From a virus, in IMG/VR virus record IMGVR_UViG_3300025122_000006: a stretch of DNA of 64,000 nucleotides; one strand, written 5' to 3'. The position numbers and the translations under genes were made by a program. Of the stretch, positions 46,101-55,445 are shown piece after piece (the stretch's first letter is position 1; every line of letters begins with the position of its first letter). The notes beneath the pieces are model-generated. The model saw nothing but the letters and a program-made list of their open reading frames with translations. It had not been told where the DNA came from and searched no databases.

Positions 46101-46679
46101 CTAATAAGAATATCTACCATAAAGATAAGGAGCAAAAAGATTATGTTGATACATAGATCCTTTCTTTTCTTCGTGAGGAACTTCACCTAATTCGGTTGAA
46201 TATTCATTATCCGGATCAATTAGAGCATCGTCTTGAAGATCATCATAAGCGGTTGTGCCTGTAATATAAGGCTGCTCTGTCTCCATCCATTCAGAAATTT
46301 TTAATAGAGTGACCTTCACAGGATCGTGTGTAGCGGAGTTCATTATTAGACCTTCAAGAGAACCATATACATTTCCTCCTTTAATAGAATCATGATTAAT
46401 AACCCCTTGGCTCCTTAAATACTCAAGGAGTCTAGATTCTGCACCGTATACAGCATCTGACATTACCTCTTTGGCAAATGTAATAATTTTTTTGGATGTT
46501 GGTTGTACCACAATATCAATATCTTTATGATCTAAAATCATTAGATCACCGTTTAAAGCATTGCGGAGATTTAAATTGAATTCAATTCTATCTTTCTCAA
46601 CAATTTCAATTGTTATACTTCGTTCTTCTGGTGTTGGTTCGACTATTTCTTCTGGTTCAATATTAATTTTGACTGCCAT
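46101..46679 (-). CDS. Hypothetical head-module protein
   Basis: Start MAVKINI at 46679 behind GGAGGT; acidic. Confidence 0.6.
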   Translation of the reverse strand: MAVKINIEPEEIVEPTPEERSITIEIVEKDRIEFNLNLRNALNGDLMILDHKDIDIVVQPTSKKIITFAKEVMSDAVYGAESRLLEYLRSQGVINHDSIKGGNVYGSLEGLIMNSATHDPVKVTLLKISEWMETEQPYITGTTAYDDLQDDALIDPDNEYSTELGEVPHEEKKGSMYQHNLFAPYLYGRYSY

Positions 46680-47484
46680 TCTTTGATACCTCCGCAATTA
46701 AATCTTGAATATAAAAAACTTCCTCAATCATTTGCTGATTTATTGGAGTTTTTGCATAGTTGTCCAGCTTTACCTTAACTTTTTTAAAATTTTCACTATT
46801 AGGGTTAGTTGACCCTTCTACAATCTGCTGCTGCACGGCGTTCTTGAGGCGGCCAAGCTCCTCGTTTAAAAAACTTTTAAGACCCAATCCATTATCGGAA
46901 AATGAAACGATATAATTTGTTAACAAATCTTTTTGTTCTTTTCTTAATGTTCTTTCATAAGCGTTATTGAACTTGTTTACAAAAGTTTTGTATTCAAGAT
47001 TATCGAGATGCTTCATTTCTGTTAAAGTATTCTCTTTCCCTCCCAGAAATTTAATTAAATTATTCTCGAGTATAATTCTTTTTTTGGCCGTGAGTTTATT
47101 ATTTTGAAAAAATAAACCTAGGGAAGCCATATCTTTATAATTTGGAACAAAATTAGAAAAAACAGTATGCCCTAATTGCTTGTTGATCTTGTTAATAAGA
47201 TTTGTTTGAGAATTAAAGATCTGCTTTCGATCAAGTCCATAGAAGTCTTTTTTGGTTTCCTCGAGCAATTTGCGAGAGAAACTTTCTTGTAATTCTTTAC
47301 TTTCCAAGAGCGAGTTATATAATGTGAGTTCTTCACGTAGGACGCCCCCTTTGTAAAAGAATTCTTTTAGTATTTTCTTTGTAATTGTTTGTCTTTTTTT
47401 GTCTTCTCGGACGATTGCTCTTGTTAATTCTTTTATTAGGCATTCGTAAAGAAAAGCGGTATTTCTTTTCTTATTGTGTTTCAT
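46663..47484 (-). CDS. Hypothetical head-module protein (MKHNKKRNTAFLYECL)
   Basis: Helical ORF between portal and protease. Confidence 0.6.
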   Translation of the reverse strand: MKHNKKRNTAFLYECLIKELTRAIVREDKKRQTITKKILKEFFYKGGVLREELTLYNSLLESKELQESFSRKLLEETKKDFYGLDRKQIFNSQTNLINKINKQLGHTVFSNFVPNYKDMASLGLFFQNNKLTAKKRIILENNLIKFLGGKENTLTEMKHLDNLEYKTFVNKFNNAYERTLRKEQKDLLTNYIVSFSDNGLGLKSFLNEELGRLKNAVQQQIVEGSTNPNSENFKKVKVKLDNYAKTPINQQMIEEVFYIQDLIAEVSKNGSQN

Positions 47485-47504
47485 GCTTCTTTCCTTTTCA
47501 TTTT

Positions 47505-47936
47505 TTAATAATCGTAATAGCCACGGCCGCCTTCATCTGGGGCTTCGAAAGCGTCATCCATATCCTCAACTTCTTCGGCAATTTCTTTTGAAAGTTCTTC
47601 GCTTATTCCAACCGTGGTTCCAGGAGGAACCTTGACTTGGCGCATTTTGCCGCCATCGTCTTTCCCGAAGATGCCCTCAAGTTTTAAATCATATCCGGAA
47701 TAGTCTCCTTGCAAAAGATCCATTATATCCAGATCATCAATCATTCCCGTACACTCAATATCAATTGTGTTTCCGGTGTTTAATGTAATCTCAATTGACA
47801 AACATCTACATTCGTCCACCATATCTGGATACTCTACCGTTGCTGATACGGCTTGCAACTGTCCCCCGTCTTCATTAAGGACGCCTTGCATTTCTTCCTT
47901 GATAATTTGTTTTAACTGTTTATTCGTTAATTTCAT
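47505..47936 (-). CDS. Leader-family protein (MKLTNKQLKQIIKEEM), acidic
   Basis: Shared motif; ACTATTTA at 47991-47998, inside the 3' end of the portal gene. Confidence 0.65.
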   Translation of the reverse strand: MKLTNKQLKQIIKEEMQGVLNEDGGQLQAVSATVEYPDMVDECRCLSIEITLNTGNTIDIECTGMIDDLDIMDLLQGDYSGYDLKLEGIFGKDDGGKMRQVKVPPGTTVGISEELSKEIAEEVEDMDDAFEAPDEGGRGYYDY

Positions 47937-49833
47937 TTTCTTCATCCTTCCGCAGTGATTCTATCAATGATTTAATTTCAAAATCAGTACTAAATAGTCT
48001 ATGTTCTTCTAAAATATCAGGGTTTTGTGCTTCCGTCACTCCACGAGAAAGAGAAGCGAGGCCGTCAGCGCCAGTATACCCTGGAAAAGTTTTACGAAAA
48101 GTAAGTGGTTCCGAGAAGGCAGCATTAATCATCTGCTTTCTTCTCCCGCCTTTTCTGTGTATTTTAGTAGAATCTTTTTTATAGGGGCCTCGAGGTTTTC
48201 CTTTCGCCTCTGGTCGCCTGAACACGGTGTCATCACGCTTTGCCGGCGGTTCAGCTAATAAAACTTCTTCTTCTTCCTCGGCTGGTTCTTCTCCGCCTAA
48301 ATCTAATTCTTCTCCGCCTAAATCTAATTCTCCTTCGCCACCAAGACCTAGGTCTCCGCCGGGTCCGCCTCCTGCCTCGGGAAGTTCTCCGGCTTGTTCA
48401 ACTGCAGCCATAAATTTGGCGTCCGAATACATTTCTCTTTGCATTCGAATAAATTCATCCTCAGAAAGTCCTAGAAGATTTTCTGCAACCCAACGTCGCG
48501 AGAAATAACCATCCGTAGCAGCTGCCGCAATGTCAAATTTAGTTTTCCAATGCTCAAGCTCTTGCATCTCCGCAATTTTACTAGGGTTATTGAGAGAAAG
48601 CTTGAAGCCAAGCAAATCATCTCCGCGATAACCCATAGTATAAAGATGGATAATACCAATCTTTTCGAGTTCAGATATAATAACTCTTTGAAGTCGCTGA
48701 ATAGTTCTTGCAAAACGAATATCTTTTTGGGCTAATGTGGTTTTGTCTTCTGTTGCACCTTCCCCCATTGTAAGATAAGATTGGGGTACTTTAAGAGCAG
48801 AAAACAATTTATCTCGAAGATACTTTACATCATCAATTTGGCCTGTGAAAGTTCCTCCGGCAAGGTTGGTGATGTCCGTTGCCGAAGCCCCTCCTCGAAT
48901 TGGGATAAAATAATCTTCTTCAATAGAAAGAGGGTTATAACGTAAATCAACGCGACCAGATGACGGATCAACCACTTGATGCCGCTTCATTTGAGTCATT
49001 ATTTTTTGCATATATTGCTCAACATCTTGCGGCGCAATTCCACCGACATCGATCTTGAAGACACGGCGCTCGGGCGAACGAGTAATCCGATAAGCCATCA
49101 TGGCATCTTCCAAAAGATTAAGTTGCCTCCAAATGCGTCTGGCTGGCTCTAGAGCGCTGGTACCATATGGAGCATGCTTATCATTACCTAAAACTCTAAA
49201 ATGTGCTATTTGCCAATTCTCGAGCGTTAAACCACCATTGTTCCATTGATACTGAATATAATTGGGATTTGATGGGTCTTCTCCTTCTAAGCGTTCAATT
49301 TCTTGAGCAGGAAGACCAATACAGTTTCTAATCCCCAATCCTTCGTCAATGTCTAGATATACAAACAAATCTCCATATTTACACATTGTTCTAGCCCAAC
49401 CAAAAAGATTATGCTCAATGTTCATAACATTATAATAAAGAGAATGTAATATATATTTAATTTCGTCATTGGGGCATTTAATATGCAACATTGGAGTTAA
49501 ACTTGAATGAGTTGTCATTTCATCTGCATAGATATCTAATGAAGATGCAATTTCCGGCGTATACTCCATCTGATCAAAATCAATATATCGCTCTGCACGA
49601 TTTCTATTTGAAATCATATTGAGCGAAGTTACATTCATGGGGTTGTATTCAGACTTTTTGAACTGCTTTCCGCTAGCTGATTTAAACCTTTTAGCGTAGA
49701 TATCTAAATGTCTTCTTCTTAATTGCCGACCCGATTGTGTTCTTCTCTGGGTAAGTGGTCCGGAAAAAAGCCTTGTTAAAGACTTAAACAGGTCAGATTG
49801 GTTATTATTTGGGTTTCTATCATTACGAGCCAT
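47920..49833 (-). CDS. Portal protein (T4 gp20-like) with an acidic/Gly-rich C-terminal extension
   Basis: PEIASSLDIYADE, LLEDAMMAYRITRSPERRVFKIDVG, EEDYFIPIRG and DVKYLRDKLFSALKVP; 21-bp tandem repeat (ELDLGGE) at about 48289-48330. Confidence 0.96.
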   Translation of the reverse strand: MARNDRNPNNNQSDLFKSLTRLFSGPLTQRRTQSGRQLRRRHLDIYAKRFKSASGKQFKKSEYNPMNVTSLNMISNRNRAERYIDFDQMEYTPEIASSLDIYADEMTTHSSLTPMLHIKCPNDEIKYILHSLYYNVMNIEHNLFGWARTMCKYGDLFVYLDIDEGLGIRNCIGLPAQEIERLEGEDPSNPNYIQYQWNNGGLTLENWQIAHFRVLGNDKHAPYGTSALEPARRIWRQLNLLEDAMMAYRITRSPERRVFKIDVGGIAPQDVEQYMQKIMTQMKRHQVVDPSSGRVDLRYNPLSIEEDYFIPIRGGASATDITNLAGGTFTGQIDDVKYLRDKLFSALKVPQSYLTMGEGATEDKTTLAQKDIRFARTIQRLQRVIISELEKIGIIHLYTMGYRGDDLLGFKLSLNNPSKIAEMQELEHWKTKFDIAAAATDGYFSRRWVAENLLGLSEDEFIRMQREMYSDAKFMAAVEQAGELPEAGGGPGGDLGLGGEGELDLGGEELDLGGEEPAEEEEEVLLAEPPAKRDDTVFRRPEAKGKPRGPYKKDSTKIHRKGGRRKQMINAAFSEPLTFRKTFPGYTGADGLASLSRGVTEAQNPDILEEHRLFSTDFEIKSLIESLRKDEENEINE

Positions 49834-49836
49834 TTT

Positions 49837-51420
49837 TTATCCTTTATAAATCCAAAAAAATTCTTTTGTTTTGTTTATTTCTTCTTCATGTTTTTCATGA
49901 AAAGTTTGTTTATAACCTTCTTGTCCTTTTATTTGTGTATTCATAGTTGTGGTTGTCTTCATTAAGCCATTAAGCATTGCTTTTTTGTATTCCATATCTC
50001 TTTGGTTCTCTGATAATGCAGTATCTCTTACCCAGCAGGCAATTGCTAAAGATATAACTAGATCATCATTATAAGAACGCATTGCTTGAGGCTTCCCATT
50101 GTACCATATAAAAGTTTTCATTTCATGAAACAAACGATTAGAATGTACAGTAATTAGTTTATTTCTAATGTACTCCTCTAGTTTTGCTACAATTAAAGGC
50201 CTTGTTTTAGTGGAAGTTGTAAACCCTGGTACAGATCTATCATTATCCTCTGCCAAATAAGCCTCAACATATTCGTGGGTTGACTTAATTGAATAATATA
50301 ATTTTGGATATTCCAAAGTAATTAATTTTTCTAATATAGAAATGCCAATCCCATTATTTTCGACAACCAACAAACAGTTGCCGTATTCTCTGCCTGCATC
50401 ATAAAGAATATTTGAATAAAGATCAAGGTTTGGTTTTCCTTGATATTCAGCAACAACTGCCATTGTGTCTAGTCTTATTACATGAAAAACAGAATAATCT
50501 GTACCATCGCCACGAGCAACATCGGCTACCAAAAGATATGGAAGACCTTCTTGATATTTTTCCCATATCCATAAATTTCTGTCATATCCAGTTTTATAGT
50601 GGGGGTCTTTAACATTTTCAAATAACCACTGCATATCGTCCGGGTGGATAACAGTTTCGCCTGAAGTATTGAAATTACATTCTAATTCCTGGGCGATCTG
50701 TCTTCGAGACATATTTTTGGTTTCTTTTGCAAACCAATCCTGATCTCTTTCAGGATGCATATCCCAAGGTAAAACAATTGGATGAAAATCGTTCTCTTCT
50801 GACTCTGCATCAATGTAAGTCTTGTGGAACCAATTACCTACCCCTTTAGGGGTCGATAAGGCTATGCAGCGGCCTCCTGTTGACAAAGTAGGGTAAAGAC
50901 CCGTCCACAACTCTTCAAGGCCTTCTACGTGTGCTGCCTCGTCTATAACGAGCAGTGATAAGGCTTCCGATCTACCGGCATCTCCAGAAGTCGTTCCTGC
51001 TTTGATCTGTGACCCGTTTGATAATTCGAATGAAGTTTTATTATCCGTTACGATCTTTGAAATTTTAATCCATTCGGGTAAATGCTTCATAATTGATTTT
51101 ACTTTTCTCACCAAGTTAGCTGCTGTTCCAAACTTAGTGGCAATTACAAGAATGTTCTTGTCTCTATGAAAAAGCATAAACCAGACAATGTATCCCGCTG
51201 AGATTGTGGAGATACCCAATTGTCTGGCTTTAAGTATAATATTGAAACGATAATCATTAAAGTCTTTTAAAAGATCTTTTTGATAATTGTAGGTTTTAAA
51301 CGGAATCAAGCCCCGCAGAGGATGTGAAATTCTACAATAGTTATCGATAAAGAATTGTGGATCCTTACCGCATTTCACAATCTCTTTTACAATTTCTTGT
51401 TTGGAGAGTTTAAAGGCCAT
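49837..51420 (-). CDS. Terminase large subunit (gp17-like)
   Basis: KARQLGIST (Walker A), LLVIDEAAH (Walker B), STPKG, QELECNF, VADVARGDGTDYS and DDLVISLAIA. Confidence 0.95.
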   Translation of the reverse strand: MAFKLSKQEIVKEIVKCGKDPQFFIDNYCRISHPLRGLIPFKTYNYQKDLLKDFNDYRFNIILKARQLGISTISAGYIVWFMLFHRDKNILVIATKFGTAANLVRKVKSIMKHLPEWIKISKIVTDNKTSFELSNGSQIKAGTTSGDAGRSEALSLLVIDEAAHVEGLEELWTGLYPTLSTGGRCIALSTPKGVGNWFHKTYIDAESEENDFHPIVLPWDMHPERDQDWFAKETKNMSRRQIAQELECNFNTSGETVIHPDDMQWLFENVKDPHYKTGYDRNLWIWEKYQEGLPYLLVADVARGDGTDYSVFHVIRLDTMAVVAEYQGKPNLDLYSNILYDAGREYGNCLLVVENNGIGISILEKLITLEYPKLYYSIKSTHEYVEAYLAEDNDRSVPGFTTSTKTRPLIVAKLEEYIRNKLITVHSNRLFHEMKTFIWYNGKPQAMRSYNDDLVISLAIACWVRDTALSENQRDMEYKKAMLNGLMKTTTTMNTQIKGQEGYKQTFHEKHEEEINKTKEFFWIYKG

Positions 51421-51429
51421 TGGATTCTT

Positions 51430-51525
51430 TTATTTTTTCTTTTTAGGGGTGGGCTTTGTTCCCTTCATAACATTTTCCAATTCTTCTTTTACTATTCTTT
51501 TGAGCTGTTCTTTTGTAAGTTTCAT
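51430..51525 (-). CDS. 31-aa leader-only peptide MKLTKEQLKRIVKEELENVMKGTKPTPKKKK, absent from the ORF track
   Basis: ATGA overlap with the upstream stop; fills the gap before the terminase; near-consensus leader motif. Confidence 0.7.
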   Translation of the reverse strand: MKLTKEQLKRIVKEELENVMKGTKPTPKKKK

Positions 51526-52076
51526 TTGTCATTCGCTCCTTTTTTATAAGTAACGTTTTTGGGACGCTTTGTGGAATGTTGTGCTAAGAATTTTCTTGTA
51601 ACATCTCGGGTCGCATCAACGGATGGCTCTAGATGTGGTTCGGAATCAACTTTAGAAATTTTATAATGTTGGTGGGCTTGTACAAAAGTTCGAACGTGAG
51701 AAGTAGACTGAACCAGGCACTCTACGTCACCTTTTTTTGTAAGAGTGATAGAATTTCCGGTAATTGCCTTATACTCTTTTTGAAGAAACTTTTTAACTTG
51801 ATTAATCATGCGTTCTTGTTCTTGTTCGAATTTTGGATCTTTTACATTTTTAAGAAGCACATCGCTCTGGTATGTAATACGAAGCGAATCCCCATAGAAT
51901 TTTACAGAAAAACCATCATTAACTCGTTTGTCTGTAATCAGGTTGCCCTCTTCTCTATTCAGCCCCACTTTACGTGAAGTTCCATCATATGAATATCTTT
52001 CGTCATGTGATCCATCATAGCCATTTGCGGCTGCTTGAGCTAGCCCTCGAATAATTTCTAGTGTATTTGAGCTCAT
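51522..52076 (-). CDS. Hypothetical protein
   Basis: 184-aa ORF with an AAGGA RBS upstream of the terminase. Confidence 0.6.
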   Translation of the reverse strand: MSSNTLEIIRGLAQAAANGYDGSHDERYSYDGTSRKVGLNREEGNLITDKRVNDGFSVKFYGDSLRITYQSDVLLKNVKDPKFEQEQERMINQVKKFLQKEYKAITGNSITLTKKGDVECLVQSTSHVRTFVQAHQHYKISKVDSEPHLEPSVDATRDVTRKFLAQHSTKRPKNVTYKKGANDK

Positions 52077-52088
52077 ATTATAATTTCC

Positions 52089-52709
52089 TTATCTTCTGTC
52101 TCTGGCCAGGCTTTTCTGTATCCTAGCGCTGTGTCCTGGGGTGGCTTTCCCGGGGGCATCGTGCTCTGGCTTCCACCCTGATGCTCTCAAGGCCTTTGTA
52201 TGTGCCTGTTGCTGTTTTTTCAGTTTTGCCGCTGCTTTCTTTTTCTCTTTCGCCTCACCGGCATCCACTATGCCTCCCACGGCTACATCCAATAGAAAAG
52301 CGACTGCAACAGGAGCAAGAAATCCAATAGCGGCCGTTCCTAAAGTTGCAAGCGATGTGCCCATAACTACTGCTGTTTTTGCTAACAATACTTTACCAGC
52401 GGCTGAGGCTAAAAACGCCGTCATCGATGGATATCCAGCGACTAGAATAGAAGAGACGGCTAACGGTACATTGAGTGCGTCCACATCTTCCTCATTTTTT
52501 TGTACTTGAATATCGGTTTGTGCCACTATTTTTTTCACCTTGGGATCTCTTGAAAGAGCTAAAAAGATTTTATCCAAATTTGGATTATCTTTCATTTCCA
52601 CTGCTGCTTTCATAATTTTATCTTCTTGCCCGGTGGTGGTAGCCTCTTGCACTACGCTTTCGAGTTCTTCTTTAATAAGACATTTAAGCTGTTCTTTTGT
52701 TAATTTCAT
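52089..52709 (-). CDS. Leader-family protein (MKLTKEQLKCLIKEEL) with a long hydrophobic hairpin
   Basis: Start moved to ATG 52709 (ATGA overlap); Ala/Val/Leu-rich putative membrane helices; basic tail. Confidence 0.65.
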   Translation of the reverse strand: MKLTKEQLKCLIKEELESVVQEATTTGQEDKIMKAAVEMKDNPNLDKIFLALSRDPKVKKIVAQTDIQVQKNEEDVDALNVPLAVSSILVAGYPSMTAFLASAAGKVLLAKTAVVMGTSLATLGTAAIGFLAPVAVAFLLDVAVGGIVDAGEAKEKKKAAAKLKKQQQAHTKALRASGWKPEHDAPGKATPGHSARIQKSLARDRR

Positions 52710-53083
52710 TTGTCTGGTCTCCATCCTGTTTTCCATCTATCCTCTCGACCATCGACCCATTGAATATAGCACTTAAAGCAACAATCGAACTTTGTCATAT
52801 AGACATCATCTTTAGATTTAAATGAATACATATTACAAACAGGACAAGAACGCGTGGATTCTTCTTTAAGTAGTTTTGAAGGGATAAAAACGCCATAGAT
52901 CTCTTCTTTGTCTAAATCTTCTGTATCGGCATCGGCGCAATAAGAGTTTTTAAGTTGTTCAAGATACTCTTTCTCTTTCTCGTCATTCCATTTAGACTTT
53001 GGATTTACCACGGTCTCTTCTCCATATTTTTTTGCAATCGCTTGTTCTACTTTAACAGCGTAGTTGGGGTCTTTACTTTTCAT
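52706..53083 (-). CDS. Hypothetical protein with a Zn-finger (CPVC...CCFKC)
   Basis: Likely start MKSKDPNY at 53083; C-terminal WVDGREDRWKTGWRP. Confidence 0.6.
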   Translation of the reverse strand: MKSKDPNYAVKVEQAIAKKYGEETVVNPKSKWNDEKEKEYLEQLKNSYCADADTEDLDKEEIYGVFIPSKLLKEESTRSCPVCNMYSFKSKDDVYMTKFDCCFKCYIQWVDGREDRWKTGWRPDK

Positions 53084-53507
53084 CCATTGACTCTTTATTT
53101 TTTGTCTGCCATTCATGAGAGATCGTATCTTCAGGAATAGGCCCACCAGCAGCCCAAGTGTAACAAACTCTGACGCTGTGGCATTTAAAATTATGCATCC
53201 AGCAATATCCCAATTCACCTTCTTTATCAGATGTTTTTCCGGGTATACACTCTTTCATTCGTGGCGACAGGTCAAAAGCAGCGCAATTACCACATCGAGA
53301 TTGTTTGGCTACCTCCGGTTCGGTTTTCCAAAACTTTGCCAATCTATTCCAATATTTTTTATCAGCAAGATTTAGAGGACCATATTGTATATAGTCAGCT
53401 TTAATAGCAGCATTTCTATTCCTAGTATTTAATTCAAGATTCTGCGTTGCCGGGGGGCATATCACATCCAAAACTTTTTTTATTGTTTTTTTAATTCTTA
53501 TTTTCAT
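53073..53507 (-). CDS. Cys-rich protein; possible Fe-S (HiPIP-like) or Zn binder
   Basis: RCGNCAAF...GYCWMHNFKCHSVRVCYTW. Confidence 0.5.
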   Translation of the reverse strand: MKIRIKKTIKKVLDVICPPATQNLELNTRNRNAAIKADYIQYGPLNLADKKYWNRLAKFWKTEPEVAKQSRCGNCAAFDLSPRMKECIPGKTSDKEGELGYCWMHNFKCHSVRVCYTWAAGGPIPEDTISHEWQTKNKESMDEK

Positions 53508-53901
53508 TGATTTCTCTCACAGAATAATAAGTTCCCAGCGAAGTTCCTGACGCTAGCAAAAAGCCGCCGAAGAAAGCCCACATGGTTTTGTTTGGTTTAA
53601 GTTGTGTTCTCAGAGCCTCAATTTCGGTATCTCGAAGTTCCAATAGAGTTGCGTTCTTTGCTTGTTCTGTTTCCAACTCTGCTTTTAAATAGTCTATTTC
53701 AAGTTGCATTTCCGCTTTTACAATAGAAACTTTCAACTCGGTTTTGATCTCGCATTGCTCAAGGGTCAATTCATTCCCAGCAATAATGTTGGCCACCGCC
53801 TCATCGTTCATTAGACGGCCGCCAAAGGGCGCTACGTCCCCTTCTCGAAGGTGGATGAGCATCGGGTCGGCTAACGCTGTAGAAAGCAAGAATAGTAGCA
53901 T
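53491..53901 (-). CDS. Exported coiled-coil protein with a C-terminal TM helix (spanin-like candidate)
   Basis: Signal peptide MLLFLLSTALA, coiled coil, then WAFFGGFLLASG. Confidence 0.5.
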   Translation of the reverse strand: MLLFLLSTALADPMLIHLREGDVAPFGGRLMNDEAVANIIAGNELTLEQCEIKTELKVSIVKAEMQLEIDYLKAELETEQAKNATLLELRDTEIEALRTQLKPNKTMWAFFGGFLLASGTSLGTYYSVREINENKN

Positions 53902-53910
53902 TACAGTCTC

Positions 53911-54372
53911 CTAAAGCCCACCGTCTGAATCATCAGAAGGCGCTTGTCGTATTGGAATCAAAATAATCATTTTACGATCATAAGACATATACCAGAAATC
54001 ATCAGTCTGGAAGCCTCTGCCTTCTTTCCACCGTCTCTCTTTCAGAAAACCTACAATCTCATCTGCAACATCCAGAGGATAGTCAAGCTGTATCCATTCA
54101 CCCATTTGAGAAAATCTTAAAGGTTGTGGCATCTTTGTCGCTTGCATAAACAAATCCAAACCAAGTCGATTGAGTTTTTCGTTGCCTGGGGTTTTCAATA
54201 GAGCCTCGGCCATTTCAGGTGTTGGTTTTTCTTCCATCATGTCCAAGAGTTCAATCGCTTGATTAATATAGTTTTCGTCTCCTGATTGAAACATCGCAAG
54301 TAAATTATCCCTTTCTTCCTGCTCGAGAGCCTCGGTAATAAGTTTGGAGAGCTTTTGTTTTGTGAGTTTCAT
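53911..54372 (-). CDS. Leader-family protein (MKLTKQKLSKLITEAL)
   Basis: Shared motif; TAATG coupling. Confidence 0.65.
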   Translation of the reverse strand: MKLTKQKLSKLITEALEQEERDNLLAMFQSGDENYINQAIELLDMMEEKPTPEMAEALLKTPGNEKLNRLGLDLFMQATKMPQPLRFSQMGEWIQLDYPLDVADEIVGFLKERRWKEGRGFQTDDFWYMSYDRKMIILIPIRQAPSDDSDGGL

Positions 54373-55034
54373 TACGCGCCCTTTAAAATAGGCGATCCTG
54401 GAGGTAGAACGAAATAGATACCTGCAGCGGCAAATGCACCTCTATCAAATGGTACTTGAACACCGTCGACGTCCATGCCGCCCGGGTACAAAGTAACAAG
54501 ACTCAAAACAGTTCTACCGTCTTCAAGAGAACCAATATTGGAAGTTACTAATGTGACTTCATCTGTTTCTTTCCTTTCACCGGGGGCAACTTTTACAACC
54601 TCTCCTCGGCCTCCGGGCATTTTATAATCTTGCAAACCAGCAACTTCTTGTGGAGTCCCAGCAGCCAGCCCCATTTTGCCAACTGGACCGGAAGGAGAAC
54701 TGATGCCTTCCCACTTAACCATGCCTCCGCCTGTTGAAGTTGGTTGTGTATTCATTATGGCTAAAATCAATTCTTTAACATTAACATTTGGATAAATTAA
54801 AGATCCGGGAGCGTTAGCGTCTTGATGACGATCTTTAATATGGCTCATTCCTTCTTCACTAGCATACAGAAGGACTTTGTCGCTAATTGGTATTAAGTCT
54901 CCTTCATTAACTTGTGTGCCTTTAAGCCACTGATTTCCATCAACCATGGCTTGAACTTGTCCTAAAGCACCTTGTTCATTTTCATACATTGCTTCTTTGA
55001 TTAATTTATATAGTTTTTGTTTTGTAAGCCTCAT
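54372..55034 (-). CDS. Leader-family protein (MRLTKQKLYKLIKEAM) with a possible nuclease-toxin domain
   Basis: Shared motif; GMSHIKDRH...LVTLYPG. Confidence 0.6.
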   Translation of the reverse strand: MRLTKQKLYKLIKEAMYENEQGALGQVQAMVDGNQWLKGTQVNEGDLIPISDKVLLYASEEGMSHIKDRHQDANAPGSLIYPNVNVKELILAIMNTQPTSTGGGMVKWEGISSPSGPVGKMGLAAGTPQEVAGLQDYKMPGGRGEVVKVAPGERKETDEVTLVTSNIGSLEDGRTVLSLVTLYPGGMDVDGVQVPFDRGAFAAAGIYFVLPPGSPILKGA

Positions 55035-55445
55035 TTATTTGTCTCCTGGGGTCATTATTATAATACCGAACTCCTCGGCAAGGATGCGATCAATCTTTTC
55101 GGGGTCTTCTTTATTGGCCTCAACTAACAGACGAACGCGTTCTGCTTTTAATAGTTCCGCATGATTCATGGATTCGTTAGCCGTTTTATTAGCAATTTCC
55201 AAAGCGCGAATGTACTTGCTATTGGCTGCTTTTTGCAGCTTGCCTTTCTTGTTTGCTGCGGCTTCAACGGCTTCAATTTCTTTCTGGTATAGCTCGTTTG
55301 CCATTTGTAATTGGGTCTTATAGGCTTTGACTTTGCCTCGCCCAACTACATAGGAAATAATAAGAAGTGCTGCCACCACCAGCATTCGCCAGTGATGGAA
55401 GCACCATAACTTTATCTTTTTCCACGCGAGTTTCATTATCCCCAC
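55035..55445 (-). CDS. N-terminally anchored coiled-coil membrane protein (i-spanin-like candidate)
   Basis: TM segment MLVVAALLIISYVVG followed by a long helix. Confidence 0.5.
   Translation of the reverse strand: MGIMKLAWKKIKLWCFHHWRMLVVAALLIISYVVGRGKVKAYKTQLQMANELYQKEIEAVEAAANKKGKLQKAANSKYIRALEIANKTANESMNHAELLKAERVRLLVEANKEDPEKIDRILAEEFGIIIMTPGDK

Noticed and set aside
50151-53693. Intragenic ACTAWTTA copies (50151, 53686; also 15492)
   Set aside because: They are far from start codons and expected by chance in AT-rich DNA, so they were not counted as promoters.
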